64,000 nucleotides of DNA. Origin: Tubiluchus corallicola. Its lineage: Eukaryota; Animalia; Priapulida. The stretch covers positions 620,001-684,000 of the forward strand of contig JAQGDQ010000022.1 in NCBI GenBank assembly GCA_030141605.1, written 5' to 3'. The translations under genes were made by a program, and so were the position numbers. Of this stretch, positions 46,576 to 60,685 are shown piece by piece. How positions within the stretch are numbered: position 1 is the first letter of the stretch; the number at the start of each line of letters is the position of its first letter. The notes beneath the pieces were generated by a model. It worked only from the letters and a program-made list of their open reading frames with translations. It was not told where the DNA came from and did not search any database.

Positions 46576-48561
46576 CTCATAATGCTAAGCCTTTTGTAAG
46601 TTGCATGTTTTACAAGTAGTAGTACTAGTGGTAGTATGGCTGAAATATGGTGTTTAACTCTTATGGTTGTTATTCCCAAAAATTCCTTAACTGTAATTAT
46701 TCACATTAAGACTGACAAAGTTCTGTAATTGGCGTTGTCACGAACATTGATTTCTGGCCTTGAACCAGCCTTCATAGGTTGTTAAACTGCTAGCCAATCT
46801 CAGATCAATGCATATTACTCGTTTGACTAATACATATGCTTTGATGACTCTGATTCGGACATTTCGAGTTTTCAGTGACCAGTCGAGCTGTTAATAAAGA
46901 TGTACAGGTCGTTGTTCACACTGCTGCGAGAAACCCAAATTGGCAAAAGTTCCTCCAATCCCCAGGGAAGTAGAAAACAGTATTAGTGGAGCAGAATTAA
47001 TCCTGCCCTTCCAAAAGCGTTCTAGATTAGCGACCGGCACTATATTCTAACTGCAAAACAAACTTGTTGAAGCTGAATTAACTTTAGAATGTTTGTTAGA
47101 ACGTTTGTATGGCTTAACATACAGCCCATTTGAAGAAATCGTCGAAACTGTCGTAAATGAACGATATAAACATAGCATGCAGAAGTCTCTCTTCCAGTGA
47201 GAATATGCGGAGTTTTTTGCAATAGCTGGGAGTAAGTAATTAAGTTCTCCTAACTTGCTAATGCACATGTAGATCTTCCCTATAGTGAGTCTAGCACATC
47301 AGTATATTTTAAATACCATGGATTCCATGTTTCGGACTAGCTCCAAACAAGTATGACAATTATTAAAACTTGAAAGTTAAATCTTACCTTAGTTACCTTC
47401 CATAGTCATAGACACCTAGAGTCGATCTTATGGCTTAAATAGTCTACAACATAATGGTGCAGAACTTTAGAAAAATTAAATTTTACCCTATGAGCTAAAG
47501 TATTGCACAGCCTTGGCTTCAGCGATAAAAGACTAAAAATGTTATCAAAAAAGAACTCCCTATAAATCTGTATATGCACTTAAGTGATTTCTGCACGAGT
47601 GGTCATATATCTTTATTGTTTATTACTTTTTGGTTCTTTTTTAACTAAGGATTTTATTAGTCCAAATCCTCACTCACAAAAATTCTGGAATTAAGTACTG
47701 GTATATACGTTTTAGTTAAATTAATTTACATAAAAATTATTTCAAAACAAATGTCAGCACATTATGGTATTTTGTAATTGTTCTTGATAAAAAATTTATT
47801 TCTTGTCTTTTTACATCTTGAGATCGAACATAATAAATTATTATGTAAATATATTCGTTTTTTCTTCATTCAAGAGAACTCACGTGTTCTTTGCTTTGCA
47901 AATTAGTGCAATTATTTTATTTTCTGTTTGTAACATAGGCATCTATATTATTTAAAATTTAATTAATGCATTAGTAACAGAGGAAAAACTACAAGTTAAA
48001 AATTAACACTGTATTATTGTTTTAGTATTTTTTAAAAATAACTTTATTGTAGTCAACAATCTGTGATTAAAAATATACATTTCACTTTATAGTCGTTCCC
48101 TTTCCCCACACTATTTAGACATTTAGCTTTATCAATTGGCTACATTCCGTATGTGTCATGATTATGTGAGTAATAAAATTCTCATGTCTTTACCGGCGGG
48201 GTTATGTTGGTGTTATGCTACTGTGTTATTTATTATAGGAGTTGCTAAGTAACATACGTATCTATCCGCCGTGCCTGATAAGAGCTACTATTGAGAAAAA
48301 CAAAGTATTTGCTTAATCTTATTTACCAATTTTAGCAATATAGAATTTTTTGAATCTAATTTGATAACCGCACTATTATATTTTGCGTTTTTAGCCAACT
48401 ATGAAGTTTATTTTGGGGTTTATTGTTGCGGCGGATAAATGTGGCAGCTATCGACATTCTTTGGCTCGTTGACTGTGTACGATTTTTGTTATCAACAAAG
48501 AAGAATAATCATAAATTTTATGTGATCTCTTTGTCTATTGAAATTCGTTGTTATTCTAGTC

Positions 48562-51500
48562 ATGACCGATGATAATATTGAACCGCATATATCAAAGAAA
48601 TATGAAATTAAACGGCGACTAGGCAAAGGGGTGAGCAGTTGATGAAGTAAAATAATGTACCTAGGCTTTAGTTACATGTCTGCCTATAAATTTTTAGTTT
48701 CAGTCTGATTACATAAAAGTCAACTCCCTAAGATTAAAACTGACATAACGGCGTCTTTTTCTCGACTATGCATGAGGCACGGAAACCTGGAGAATTATAT
48801 GCTGTCTATGATAGACTGTTGTTTGATATATTGGTGATTGGACCAGCTGTTATACAAACCTGTATTTGTAGTTTTTATCACCTTTGTAGTTTGTAAATGT
48901 TTGTATCTCATGCCAAAATGCATTAGCATACTTTGCGAATTTTTTCTTTGACATTTGTTGTCATGACTGGGTTAGTGGGTTTTAGTTTGTATCAAAATGG
49001 AATTTTTTTGAAATTCCAGCTAAATTAGTTGGGTAAATTACAGTTTGTTCAAGCATTTTGTCAGTCTAATTTCAGGCACTCAAACTATTTTCTTAATTTA
49101 TGTACTTTAGTGATCAATTTTTGTGCAATTTTTTAGTTGTCTTATTTGTTGTTCACAGGCGTACGGCATAGTCTGGAAAGCCATTGACAAAGCAACGGGT
49201 GAAACAGTTGCCCTAAAAAAGATTTTTGACGCATTTCGAAATCGAACAGATGCTCAGGTAATAGCAATAAATTCCATTTTTATAATTCTAAACCAACTTA
49301 TGTAGCTGCACTTTTTATTTTGCTATCATATCATGTAACTGTAGAAATGGCTGAATTCATGAAACCTCTAACTTTTATGTCTTTTTTTTCAGAGGACATT
49401 TAGGGAAATTCTGTTCCTGGAAGAGTTCTGTGATCATCCGAATATTGTGACTTTACACGATGTTCTACGGGCAGAAAATGACAAAGACATTTATCTGGTT
49501 TTTGAGTATCTGGGTAGTAACTTTTTTACAATATTTCTCCCTTTAAACTTTAGTTTCACATTATGAACAGTTACTAATCATTTAAACTGTAAATTTGTTT
49601 GTGCTTCATCATCTCTTACCTTACTTTTGTTATTAACTATTGCTACCTGCATGTTGATTTTTTGCAGGTATTGATGAATGAATTATTGACTAGTGACTTT
49701 TTTGCTTTGCAACTTTAGCTAGGCAGAAGCTATAGATCTGCACTAAAATGATGTCTTTTGGTATTCCACAATCATCAGTTGATCGTGGTCAAGCTTTGCA
49801 AGTTGATTTTTATTTTTTTGTCCTTTTGAGTTGATATAATTAAGAAAAATACATGTTATATAATAAAAACTTAGTGAACTGTTACTACCTTGCTGTTAGT
49901 TAATCAGTACTGCAATATTTTAGACACAGATCTTCACAATGTCATAAAGAAAGGTAACATACTAAAAGATATCCATAAAAGATATATAATGTACCAACTG
50001 TTCAAGGCCATCAAGTATTTGCACTCAGGAAATGTAGTTCATCGTGACAATAAGGTAAGTTGTAAGGACAATTTACATGTTGTAAAATCTATGTGAAGTT
50101 ATAGATATAGAAGCTATATTTTGTAGTGTTTTTTTTACTTGGAACTATAACCATAATATTTAACCCTATGCCACTGGCAGTGGGATCCATGCAAAAATAC
50201 CCCAAGTGAATTTGTTTAATTATGTCATTTTGCTACGAAATTGCTAGTACCAGTTCTCATTCGCATTTAAATGGTTATTACGCTGCTGCAAATGGATGTT
50301 ATTTGACCTTTCATGCATTGCTTACTTTGATTATAATAATAATTACAACTCATTGGGGTGTGTTTTCACCGGCACTTCTATCGTATTGACCTTGTAAGAA
50401 ATACTAAATATTTTTAGTACATGCTAGCTGGCTTTGAAATTCACCATTATGAAAAAATGGCCTATATTAGATCTTGGAAACCTAATTAAGTTATGTAAAG
50501 TAACTAACTAGATAAAAACATGTCTAGTGATGGTTTTTCTTATACTTTTTCATGTATAGTTACACTTAATTAAATGTATGGCAAAACAGGAAAAGAGACA
50601 TAGATTTAGTGGTACAGTAGCATTTCTTGTACTGCTCGCATTCATGTGACCAAGAAAAATTGCTGGTGGCCAAGACTTAATTATTTTACTTTTATTGTAC
50701 TTTACTTTATATTAATGCATTTAACGTTTAGTTTTTATAGTAGAACTTGTTCTTCCAGCCATCTAATATCCTGTTAGATGCCGATTGTTCAGTGCGCTTA
50801 GCAGACTTTGGACTGGCTCGGTCGCTAACACAACTAGAAGAAGACGAAGGCGACGCTTGTTTAACAGAATATGTAGCAACACGGTGGTATCGTGCGCCAG
50901 AGATTTTACTTGGCTGCCATCGGTAAGCTGCTAAAAGCAAGCTCATCAAGTTAACGTAGTTGTATAGCTTGATTATTATTTTATGAACAAGGCTAAAATG
51001 TAGAACATGCAGTTTCGGAAAGGTCTATAGACATATCTAAATTGCATTAAATATAGGATAACTTACCCTGCTTTACTGCAACTTGCTTTGTAGATAAGTG
51101 AACTATCTTAGCTCTTGTGTAACTATAAAATAACTGTCGTTAGTCCTCAATCTACCTTCTTTGCCAACAGTCTCCTCCAAAACGGAAGCTTAACATTGGA
51201 CAAATATATCATTATTTGCCTTCTCGGTAAAATGAATAATTTCATTGCAGATATATGAAAGGTGTTGATATGTGGAGTTGTGGGTGCATCTTGGCAGAAA
51301 TGCTACTAAATAAGCCGTTGTTTCCAGGAACCTCGACTATTAATCAAATAGAGAGAATCATGACTACTGTGGCTCCACCGTCTCCAAATGGTAATCCCAT
51401 TATTTGTGGTAGTTTGCTGTTATCAAGTTATATTAAGCATTTACCTGGTTTTGAATGTAATGGGTTTCCCATTTCTAAAATTATAAGTTAGACATTAATG

Positions 51501-54500
51501 CCTTTATACTGTAATATTTTTACAGAATTAGCTGTGATTGAGCAGTCTTTCTGCACGATGCACTGCTTTTCTATAGTTATAAATTTCTGACACTATTTAG
51601 TGATTTGAATGGGGCAGCCATCCTAATACAAAATTAACTAAGTGCATTAATGTTCAGTTTTAAAGCCAGATTTCAAAACAACATCGCATCTTCATTCCAG
51701 TTTAGAAACCATCTCATAAACTTTATTTCTTCAGAGATAAAGAAGTCAGGTTGTGGTTTTGATTCAGGCTTGTTTTTCAGTAGTGCAGTGTTTAGCTCTG
51801 ACTGTGCATTTACATGTTTTATTGTATAATTTAATGTTATCCAATAAAAGGCAATTGCTATGTTGTTGACTTTTGTGCATCTTCAGAGTTAATCTTGGAG
51901 AAATTAGAAGTGTGTCCAAATCTCCTGCTTTCTTACTAACTATGCTATGTTACTATGTTATTGGTTTCATGGCACCTTTAGGTGCACCTTTAAGTTACAT
52001 GGCACCTTTAAGTTACACCTTTGAGTTACCCTGCAAAAATTAAGAAGCATTTCAAAATTTTTTGTTGTATTTCTAAACTGTATCAATTGTATGAGCTTCT
52101 AAAACTCCAGCTGAGCCTAACTTTAACATTGTGCACCTTTAAAGGCTGATTTTCGTATTAATTTGTGTAGAATTGTAGACACTAGAATAGTTAAAATTAG
52201 TGCAAAATCATGTTTGTTTTTATTTAAACTTATCAAGGCATATTGCAGCTGTGTATTCAGCTTTGCTTTATACTGATGCTGCCTATTTCTGCTTGCAGAT
52301 GTTGTTGTGTTAGGGTCTTCATATGGTGCATCAGTTGTCGAAAAGGCATCAAGAAAGTAAGAACCATGACTCAGTTTATGTGTACTTTGTGAGCAATCTT
52401 AATTATGGTTAAAACCTTTGAGTATATCGTGAAATCATTGAGTAAATAAAGATGTTAGACTTGGAGCATGCATTGACATTTATGTTAGTGGCATATATTG
52501 TCAAACAGTTAATATCTTTATAGGCCAAAGAAAATGCTAGATGAAATCATACCAAATGCTTCTCCAGATGCTTTGGATCTTCTTTCTAAATTACTTGTTT
52601 TCAATCCGGAGAAACGACTAACTGCTGAAGAAGCTATGAAACATCCATTTGTTGTGAGGTGAGAATGTTTTGTTTTCTTTGTTGCATTTTAACTGTGTTT
52701 GTGTACTTCAGCTTTCTGTGAGCTGGAATCTAGCACCAAAACTTCAGTGTATACTTTTCAACATTAGCATAACACACCATTAATAATAATATTCTAAGAT
52801 TATTTTGTTGGTGATTGTATAGCACGACTGGACGCTAGCAGAGGACACTCAGCGCCTCACCTAACTCCTTGGTTGCAGATGTTTTGTTGGCTCTTTGAGC
52901 CTTCAAATCGAGCATTGCATTTTCTAAAACTGGCTGTAGGCAGTCATGTTTTTTAACTGAGGTGATTAGCAACATATGTTTAGTTAAAACTTGCAAATGG
53001 TTTGAATTGAATTTAATGACCAACAGGGATAAAGTGTATAACAATATATTGTACACAGTGCTATAACAAGTTAGTCCAAATTACAACATTATTGCTAACA
53101 ATGAGTCTGAACGTTTACACAGTTGAAAACACAGGCTTACAATAAACAGAATTATTGCACACAAAACCATGTTAGACAGTTAAAATGCATGATAAACGTG
53201 ACATTCAATTAGAAAAAAGAAGAAAGGGATACGAAGTGTTTGCTAGATTTATATGCATAAATAGTATTCATGTTTCAGTATTGTTGAACAGTTTCATTAT
53301 TTCAGCTACTGCATAAATTTATACTATCATGTAAGTTAGAATTAAACGTATCGCCTGAAGAACTAAAGCTAATATTAGTATACTGGTCCTGATAACATTC
53401 GACATAGAACAAATACGTAGCACATGATGCTCAGATTGTGTGGCTTGAGGATTGTCATCACATTCACATGTTCTTTGTTCTTTTCTAACTTAAGATTTTA
53501 TAAGCCAGAGGATGCACTAGAACGACTTGGACATGATGTTGTGCCTCCAGTAAGCGACCAAACACAGTTGTCTGTTGCGGAATATCGAAGTAGATTGTAC
53601 GAGGTAAGTGCACCTGATAAATAATTAATACATAATAAGATTTGAAAGTACGTAACATAGGTGTGTAGTACTAAAGAGATGAAAAAACGTAGTATTTGAT
53701 GTGTTATGAATGTTTTGAATAAATAGATGACTATTGATTATAATAGCCATTTTAAGAAATCCCTGTGTGAATGTACTTGTTTGTAATTTTCATTGACAAG
53801 TAAAAAGGTATTCAAAAGAATTTCCTGTCGATTTATAAGTATGTGTTTACTAATTAGCTGATAAAAGACAGAAAGGCCAGGTTACGGAGACGTCGCAGGG
53901 TGCAGCTCGGACCTCGCCAGTCCAGTACCCCTTCTAGCACTCCTACACCGAGAACGCCTGTAAAGACAGTAAGAGAAGAACTGTCTTCTGCAGAGAAGCT
54001 GAAGAATGAGACAAAGAAAGATGTTGCATCTGCAACAACAACCAACACAGTAGTGAATCAAAATGGCATCGGAGATGTAGCCAAGTCGCCAGTTGCTGAT
54101 AAAGTGAGAAAAACTCACGTGACGTTTATGAAGCCGAGACCAAGCACTGCTGTTGTTGTAACATCTGCACCACCAGATTCAAAGGCTAGACCAACGTCCG
54201 CTGTTACGCTTGCAAAGGTATGAAGGGACTTTCAAATTGCTGACCAAATTATATCAACGTGTGGTCTTGCTTAATTCTTCCTTTTTGATAACTGGCTATT
54301 TCTTGAATTCAGAGATCTCCTTAACTGAACTTGCTTACAAAAGTTGGAGAACACACGTATTGTATTCTTTGAAATTCTAGTAATTTAGGAAGACCTTTTG
54401 TAATTTTGAAGTTTATTTGTATTTATGTATATTCTCTACAGTTCAAATGAGTGACTCTTAGTAATGCACACATTTTCTTTTGATTTCAGTCACCGATACA

Positions 54501-55347
54501 GATGCCAAAGCATCGGATTGGATCGGCACCAACACGTAGCCATGGTCGAGTGTTTTCAATTAGTCAAACGCGAAACAGCAACCCTATTATACTTAGAGAT
54601 GAATTGAAACCTGCACACCACATTCCAGTAAGCATATCTGAAAACTTTGTTATATGTAGCTCTAATGTATGAAATATTTAGTGTGTTAGTTGCTGGAACT
54701 AGTTAAGTAATAAATGTTTACAAAAAAGCAATGACCATTTATGTAGATTAGCTGAATTTATGTTCGTCAGAGTAAGCTCGGTTTTATTTTACGATCATTG
54801 CTTGGGCTGATAAACTTTGCCTGTGTTCAGTTGCAGAAATTGTTTTCAAGGCAGCCTTAGTGGGAATTTGTTGTTGTATTTGACTGATTTTGTGAAGGTT
54901 CAGAATAAATGAAATCGCACATCTAATGCGTATTACTTTTGAGCCTGTCTGAACCTCTCTGTTTTCTAGCCCAGCAAGCTTCTTTAAGGGGTGCTTTGGT
55001 CTTGTTGTGAATGAGAACTGAGCTTATTCTGAGAAGCAGGAACAAGCAGTCCTTATCCTACAGTGCCGGATGTTGCGACAAGTGCGAAAACATTTTATTA
55101 TGTGTAAGATCCTACGGTCTTTTTGAATGATCTTCTGTAGTGTTTTTCTACATTTCTGCAAATTTTTTTGTTCTAGAATGTAACTCAAAAGAGAAGCACT
55201 ACGCCCATGTACGGACGTAAACAGTATGGAAACAAGGCTAACTTGTCATCCGAGACCAGTGGTAACCTAGGTAGTTATTCACGAACTCACGGAACTATTA
55301 GCGCTGCCGGGCTGGCTTCATTGCGTCAAACTCGATGGATTCCTTGA
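48562..55347 (+). CDS. MAPK15: Mitogen-activated protein kinase 15 (ERK7/ERK8)
   Basis: Exons 48562-48630, 49159-49257 ([17 protein letters not shown]), 49393-49513 (RTFREI...[12 protein letters not shown]), 49924-50054 (HRDNK), 50759-50922 (DFGLARS...[17 protein letters not shown]), 51251-51390, 52299-52356, 52524-52658, 53495-53603, 53858-54217, 54490-54627, 55177-55347 ([18 protein letters not shown], conserved MAPK15 tail). Confidence 0.95.
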
Positions 55348-58300
55348 GAAAATCTTAGAATTAGAAAATCTCATTAGTTCACAAAAATGTCACGGCTGCA
55401 AGTGTAGCAGTCCTGCTTACTTAGCTGCCATTTATGTATTTAAACTATTGCATTAATTGGGACACAGAGGCTGTGATCTTTAACACTAGAATCTCTCAAC
55501 CAGTAAAGCAATTATAATAGACTCTGAAAATATTTTTGCCAATTTTTGCATGAGGGTGCAATGTTTTTTTACAATGAAAGTACATAGCTGATCACAGGAG
55601 TGAAAAAAGTGAGTTTGTTGAATTTGTTGAAGTTACGATTACTGCTAATTTTTCAGTGCAGTCATTTTTGGTGATACATTTAGGACTGTAACATAGTGCA
55701 ATGATTTAGTACTTCTGTGTTATCTAGTCAATGATAAAAGAAATTATAATCACATGTTTTAAAATTAAAACCTTTTTTGACATTATTTGTGGTAATGGGT
55801 TGGGTGACAAATTTTGTATATTCAGAACAGCACTTCCTAAGTCATGAGTAGGACTCTCAACACACATGATTATTCAGATTTCGTGCAGCAGCAAACATTA
55901 CCAAAAATCAGAATATTTTAGGTCCATGCTAGACATATTGACTGTGTAACACACATATGTTTTCGGCATCATACATCCAGTGGGTTATACGTTTTTTGTT
56001 TGATTTTAGATAGATGTCAGTTAGAAAGTTGCTTGTATTATTAAGTGCAGCAGCTATAATTTTTATATCTTGCTTATATTTTTCTCATTATAGTATCTTG
56101 GACACATCCATATTGTATTGTTTCCCTGTTAAAGACAAGTTTTGTTATTGGGTCACACAAATTTTTTTAATGTTTAAATTAAATTAATCAGCAGTGTTTC
56201 TATCTGTTAAACGTAAACAGTCAAAATTATTGTCACTGAATTGTCATTTCGATTTTTTATGGTTTCATATTTGGTGGCCAGGAAATAAATCTTTTTATGC
56301 GGATCATGTGTGTTGGGGTCTAAAATGTCAATCCCGAAGCTGTTTTTTTGTGTTATTTTGATTATGTATAACTTTATTTTGTAAATCACTAGTATGTTAT
56401 GAAAAGGCAGCTTTCATATAAACTCCAAGTAAGATTCTGCAATATCAACAGTTTGTACTGTAAACCTGTGATATATGTAAACATATACTTGCCTACGTTT
56501 GATCTTTTCATGGTAGCATGCCAGTGTTTTAGTAGTACCCTCAAAAAGTAATGGCACTTAAGAGCAAATAAGTAAAACATGTCTGTATTTGCAACGAAAA
56601 CAAACCTGAATTGAATGCTACTTTTTGCCACAGCACATTCTGTGTGGGTCATTAGCTGAAGTTGAACATCACTTATGCATTTAAAACTGCATGTCACTTT
56701 TTTAGATAAGAAGAAGGACCAAAGAATTTATCCTAGTCACAATTTTGTATTGAAAATTCCGTCCAGTCACTTTTTTTAAATCACATCTTTACTATGTGGT
56801 AATTACATTTGTGATTTGTAAAGTTTAATATTTTGCTCACTACTAGAAGCGTTCAGATTTTTGAGGTTGAATTTTGTGAATATATATATATATAAATGTA
56901 GATCCGTCCTTGAATATGTGATATATCAGATAACATTTTCCTCAGGTGTGGTGATAGTTATTCAATTATCAAATGAAAATACTGTATTTATAGTGTTACT
57001 GTGTTTGTGCATGTGTGAAGTTTATAAAAAAAAGTAGAATAAAAATTAATATTTGTATTGTGCAAAGAGGTTTTCTTTGTTTGTTAATTTAATGATCACT
57101 AGGGTTTTTTATACTAATTATCACAAACAAGGCCAGCGGTCAGTTCATTGATAAAAGTGGAAATACAATTGCAAGACCCCCCAAAATAAATTGTTTTTAC
57201 TGACTTACCAGTGATGCAACAGATTTCTCGAAGTGAGGTTCTGGTTTCTAGTAGGATTCCACAGGTAAACAGGCTGGGGCAAAACTGGATTTATGTGAAC
57301 AGCCATTCTACAGCTAGGAATATCCAGGGTAAAAATAAAATAAACTGTAACAAAACAAATACCATAACCAAACGGTTGGCATTTAGGTGACTTGAGTTTC
57401 CATTTAAGTAGCAAATCTACTTTCATCCAAACATCTTTCTGTATGACTGTAAGACTAGGGATGGCAGAAAAGTTATTCAGTGTTGACCTTTGACCTTTGC
57501 CTCATGATTTTTGGTTGTTAAGTACACAAGTAAACCTTGCTATCTGTTTGTAAAACGTTCGAACTAGGGCTACAATATAACATACTTCCGCCAATCATAA
57601 ATTGTAGTATGGGAACAAAAAAGGGATAATTTGTAATGGATACAGAGTCATTAGGTTATAGTTTCACTTCCTTTTGCGGAGAATATCAAATGGAAGCTCT
57701 TGATTGAAATGTGATTTTGGCCTATCAGTTATGCTGACATCAGAGGTCATTTGTAAGTCACAGTGGACGAGTCATCTGTAAAGCTTGACAAGCATGATGT
57801 AGATGTACGGTAATCTACTTGGCAAGGAAGTTTTGCCTATGGAGACAGTTCATCTACATAGATGCATAAAACTTGATCAAAAGAAACGTGATGAGGAAAA
57901 GTCTGTTTGTGAAACGCGATTCATCTACATGCACATGAACCGTAAATATGCCAAGGACTACTTGTCACGCAACAGTCTTACATTTAAGTTTGCAGGTCAA
58001 ATTGTTGGCTTCACACTAGTCAATAATGTCTCTCGTCAATGTGAACTGAATGTCTGCATTCTTTAGGGGAAAAGGGACATCATAGTTTATGTAGATTGTT
58101 CAAAGTTGCTGGCCTTATGTATCAAAACTAAGTACGTATTAATGGAGGTTAGCAACTAATGACTAAATGTGTCACTCATTGCTTTGGTGAGTAATCTGAC
58201 ACAGTAACGTTCGGGTACATTGAACGGACTGCGAGCTATTATATAAGGTCGGTCCAGTTCTGATCACAAAGAGCTGAGTGGCTCGACTATATAGGTGGTT

Positions 58301-59179
58301 GAGTTTATAGCTCGAATGTCTCTGGTTCACTTTCGGTTTTTGCATTGCCTTTTTTGTCTTTAGAAATAAATTGTGAGTTTGACACATATTATAAGCGAAG
58401 TAAAAAATAGCATCATGCAGCATGATTACGTAGACCTGTGTTCATTGTTATAACTAATGTAAAGGTTTTAATGTCAAGATTCATTTTGATTTCGCGATTT
58501 CGAAATCGGGATCAATACTATCCCGGGATATGAGAGCCCTGATAAATAGTTTTAAACCTAGTTGAATTGTATCATAGTTAATAATTGATAGTTGTAGTGT
58601 ATATTCATTGATGTGGGCCCTACAATACAACATAAATAGATTGTAATTAATTCAGGTGTGCCTTTTGCTTCTTACACCTGCAGTGGACATGAAGAAATGT
58701 AAGCAGGTCAAGCAAAGGTTCCTTTGTACTTTCTGTTTCGCTTTGCACATAATCACAATAGGTTAAATGGAACTTAATAGAACAAAGCTTGATCGATGAT
58801 GTAGTTAAGTGACACGAATTTTACACTAACATGAAAGATACATTGCTTTACGCCACACAGGTAGTCTAGGTTTGCTCCAGATTAGATAACGAATTAACGA
58901 TCGCTACTAATTACTTGTAATAAGAACTTGCATTTAGGTCACGATTGAGGTTTCTAGTAAATCTTCGTGTAAAAACTAGCACAATTTAATTGCAAAAATG
59001 GCAGTTTTAAGAGTGCGACAGCGGATCACGGACACAAGCCATTGGTAAGTAATATTTCTGACAGACTAATCGGTTATGAATAAATTGTGGGCCTAATACA
59101 TTTGACAGTTAAATGAAAGTTTTGTTTGATGAAAATTCACGAGGGAAATAAAATTCATTGGTTAGTTTCGGATTCTGGA

Positions 59180-59260
59180 TTTGCTAAATTCTGGATTTGA
59201 ACCAGGGATTTCCTGCTTACATTGCAGATGCTTTTACCACTATAGGGTACAGCATCTCCC
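59180..59260 (-). other. tRNA-derived relic (SINE head or tRNA pseudogene)
   Basis: The minus strand reads TAGTGGTAAAAGC (A-box-like), a stem-loop CTGC-AATGTAA-GCAG and CTGGTTCAAATCCAG (B-box/T-arm). The acceptor stem does not pair. Confidence 0.6.
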
Positions 59261-60342
59261 AGTGGTTAAGACAGTCCAAAGTTCATCCCTTATAGCTGGC
59301 CAACAAAATTTCATAAAGTTGGAAAGCTATTAGAGAGCTTTAATATTATCTTCTAGCGCAACGTTATTGTAATTGTTGTGATTTCTAGCAGTTTTAACTT
59401 TAGTTAAAACTGCTAGACACAAGATATTATTAAATGTTGTTTGTAAGCAATATGAGTTAACATGGAAATTATTAAGGTAGGCCCTATGGGGCCTGTATTT
59501 CTGATCCTGTTACTCTGATGCCAGTTCTCTGAGCTTACCGCACCTGTAAGTACATTTACGTTTCAGAAACTTCAAACATAGAAAAATTTGCCGTCAGCAA
59601 ATAATTAAACATAAACTGTTTGCTTTGCTAAGATGTTATACAAGAGAATCGGTTGATATACAAAGCTGTATGGTACTGACTGCATAGCAATATTGAGGTC
59701 TTAACGGACGTTGGTACTCCCTGCTAGTCAAACAGTCAGCCTGAGTTACCCGAATTGGCAATCACTTGCTTTACAAGTTTTCTTTAAAGAAGAGTAGTTT
59801 GAATCGTCATCTATCAATTTAGTGATATGTGCCTGAAGCTAAGTGAGAATTCAAAAGTGACTTATGCTCTAGGTATGCAATGGTAATACGGCTTACACAT
59901 GTTTACGCATGTTGTTCAGGTGCGATCAGCACCATAACAAAACTTAACGCTTCTTTGATTTCACCTTGTGTATAATAATTGAAAGATAAATGAGTTTGCA
60001 TGAATTCTGCGTTTGTATTCATTGTGTCGGAGCATATCTATTGGCACGTACACTTGTGAACTTGGTAATTTTATCTGTGCGTTCGCGTAGTGCATTTTCA
60101 TGCATTTTAACTTTAAATTATGTTTGGTGAACGTAGTTAAATGCTGAAATGTTGCACATTAATAAAGATCTGGTTTAGCAACCCGTAGATGTAAACAAGT
60201 TTTAAACTAGTTGTAAACGAATTTTCGGACACTAAACGAGGTATGGCACACTTTGCATTGCTCGCTTATAGGTAGTTCTTATGCAGCATTTTTGAAAATT
60301 TGCAGTTTCGTAGTATCTCACCAAAATTATTTCCAATTTTTG

Positions 60343-60462
60343 TGTAAAAGGCTACCTATAGAATACAATATATAAATTTATAATAATTATATTAATTATA
60401 TATGTAAAAGGCTACCTATAGAACAAAATATATAAATTTATAATAATTATATTATTAATTAT
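60343..60462. repeat. 60-bp tandem duplication
   Basis: TGTAAAAGGCTACCTATAGAA...TATATAAATTTATAATAATTATATTA at 60343 and 60403. Confidence 0.9.
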
Positions 60463-60467
60463 ATTTA

Positions 60468-60685
60468 TATCTACACTGTATCTGTACTGTATCTGTGTCT
60501 ATCTCTGCATCTGTATTTTGCATCTGTACTTGTAAAATGAACCTGTAATTGTGCTTATACTTGAATTTCTGCTTGTACTTGTCTTTCCCATACCAGTACC
60601 TACATCCATATCCATATTTATACCCATATCTATATCTGTGTCTATGCTTATGTATATGTCTGTGTCTATGTCTATACGTCTACGT
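60468..60685. repeat. Degenerate hexamer repeat (TATCTG/TACTTG-like)
   Basis: 6-bp periodicity visible by eye. Confidence 0.7.

Noticed and set aside
46736-46920. Possible solo LTR (TGTCAC...AATAAA...TCACA)
   Set aside because: No matching TSD, primer-binding site or second copy in the window.
47278-47291. CCCTATAGTGAGTC matches 14 nt of the reverse-complemented T7 promoter
   Set aside because: The essential GTATTA part is missing and there is no vector sequence nearby, so it is treated as chance.
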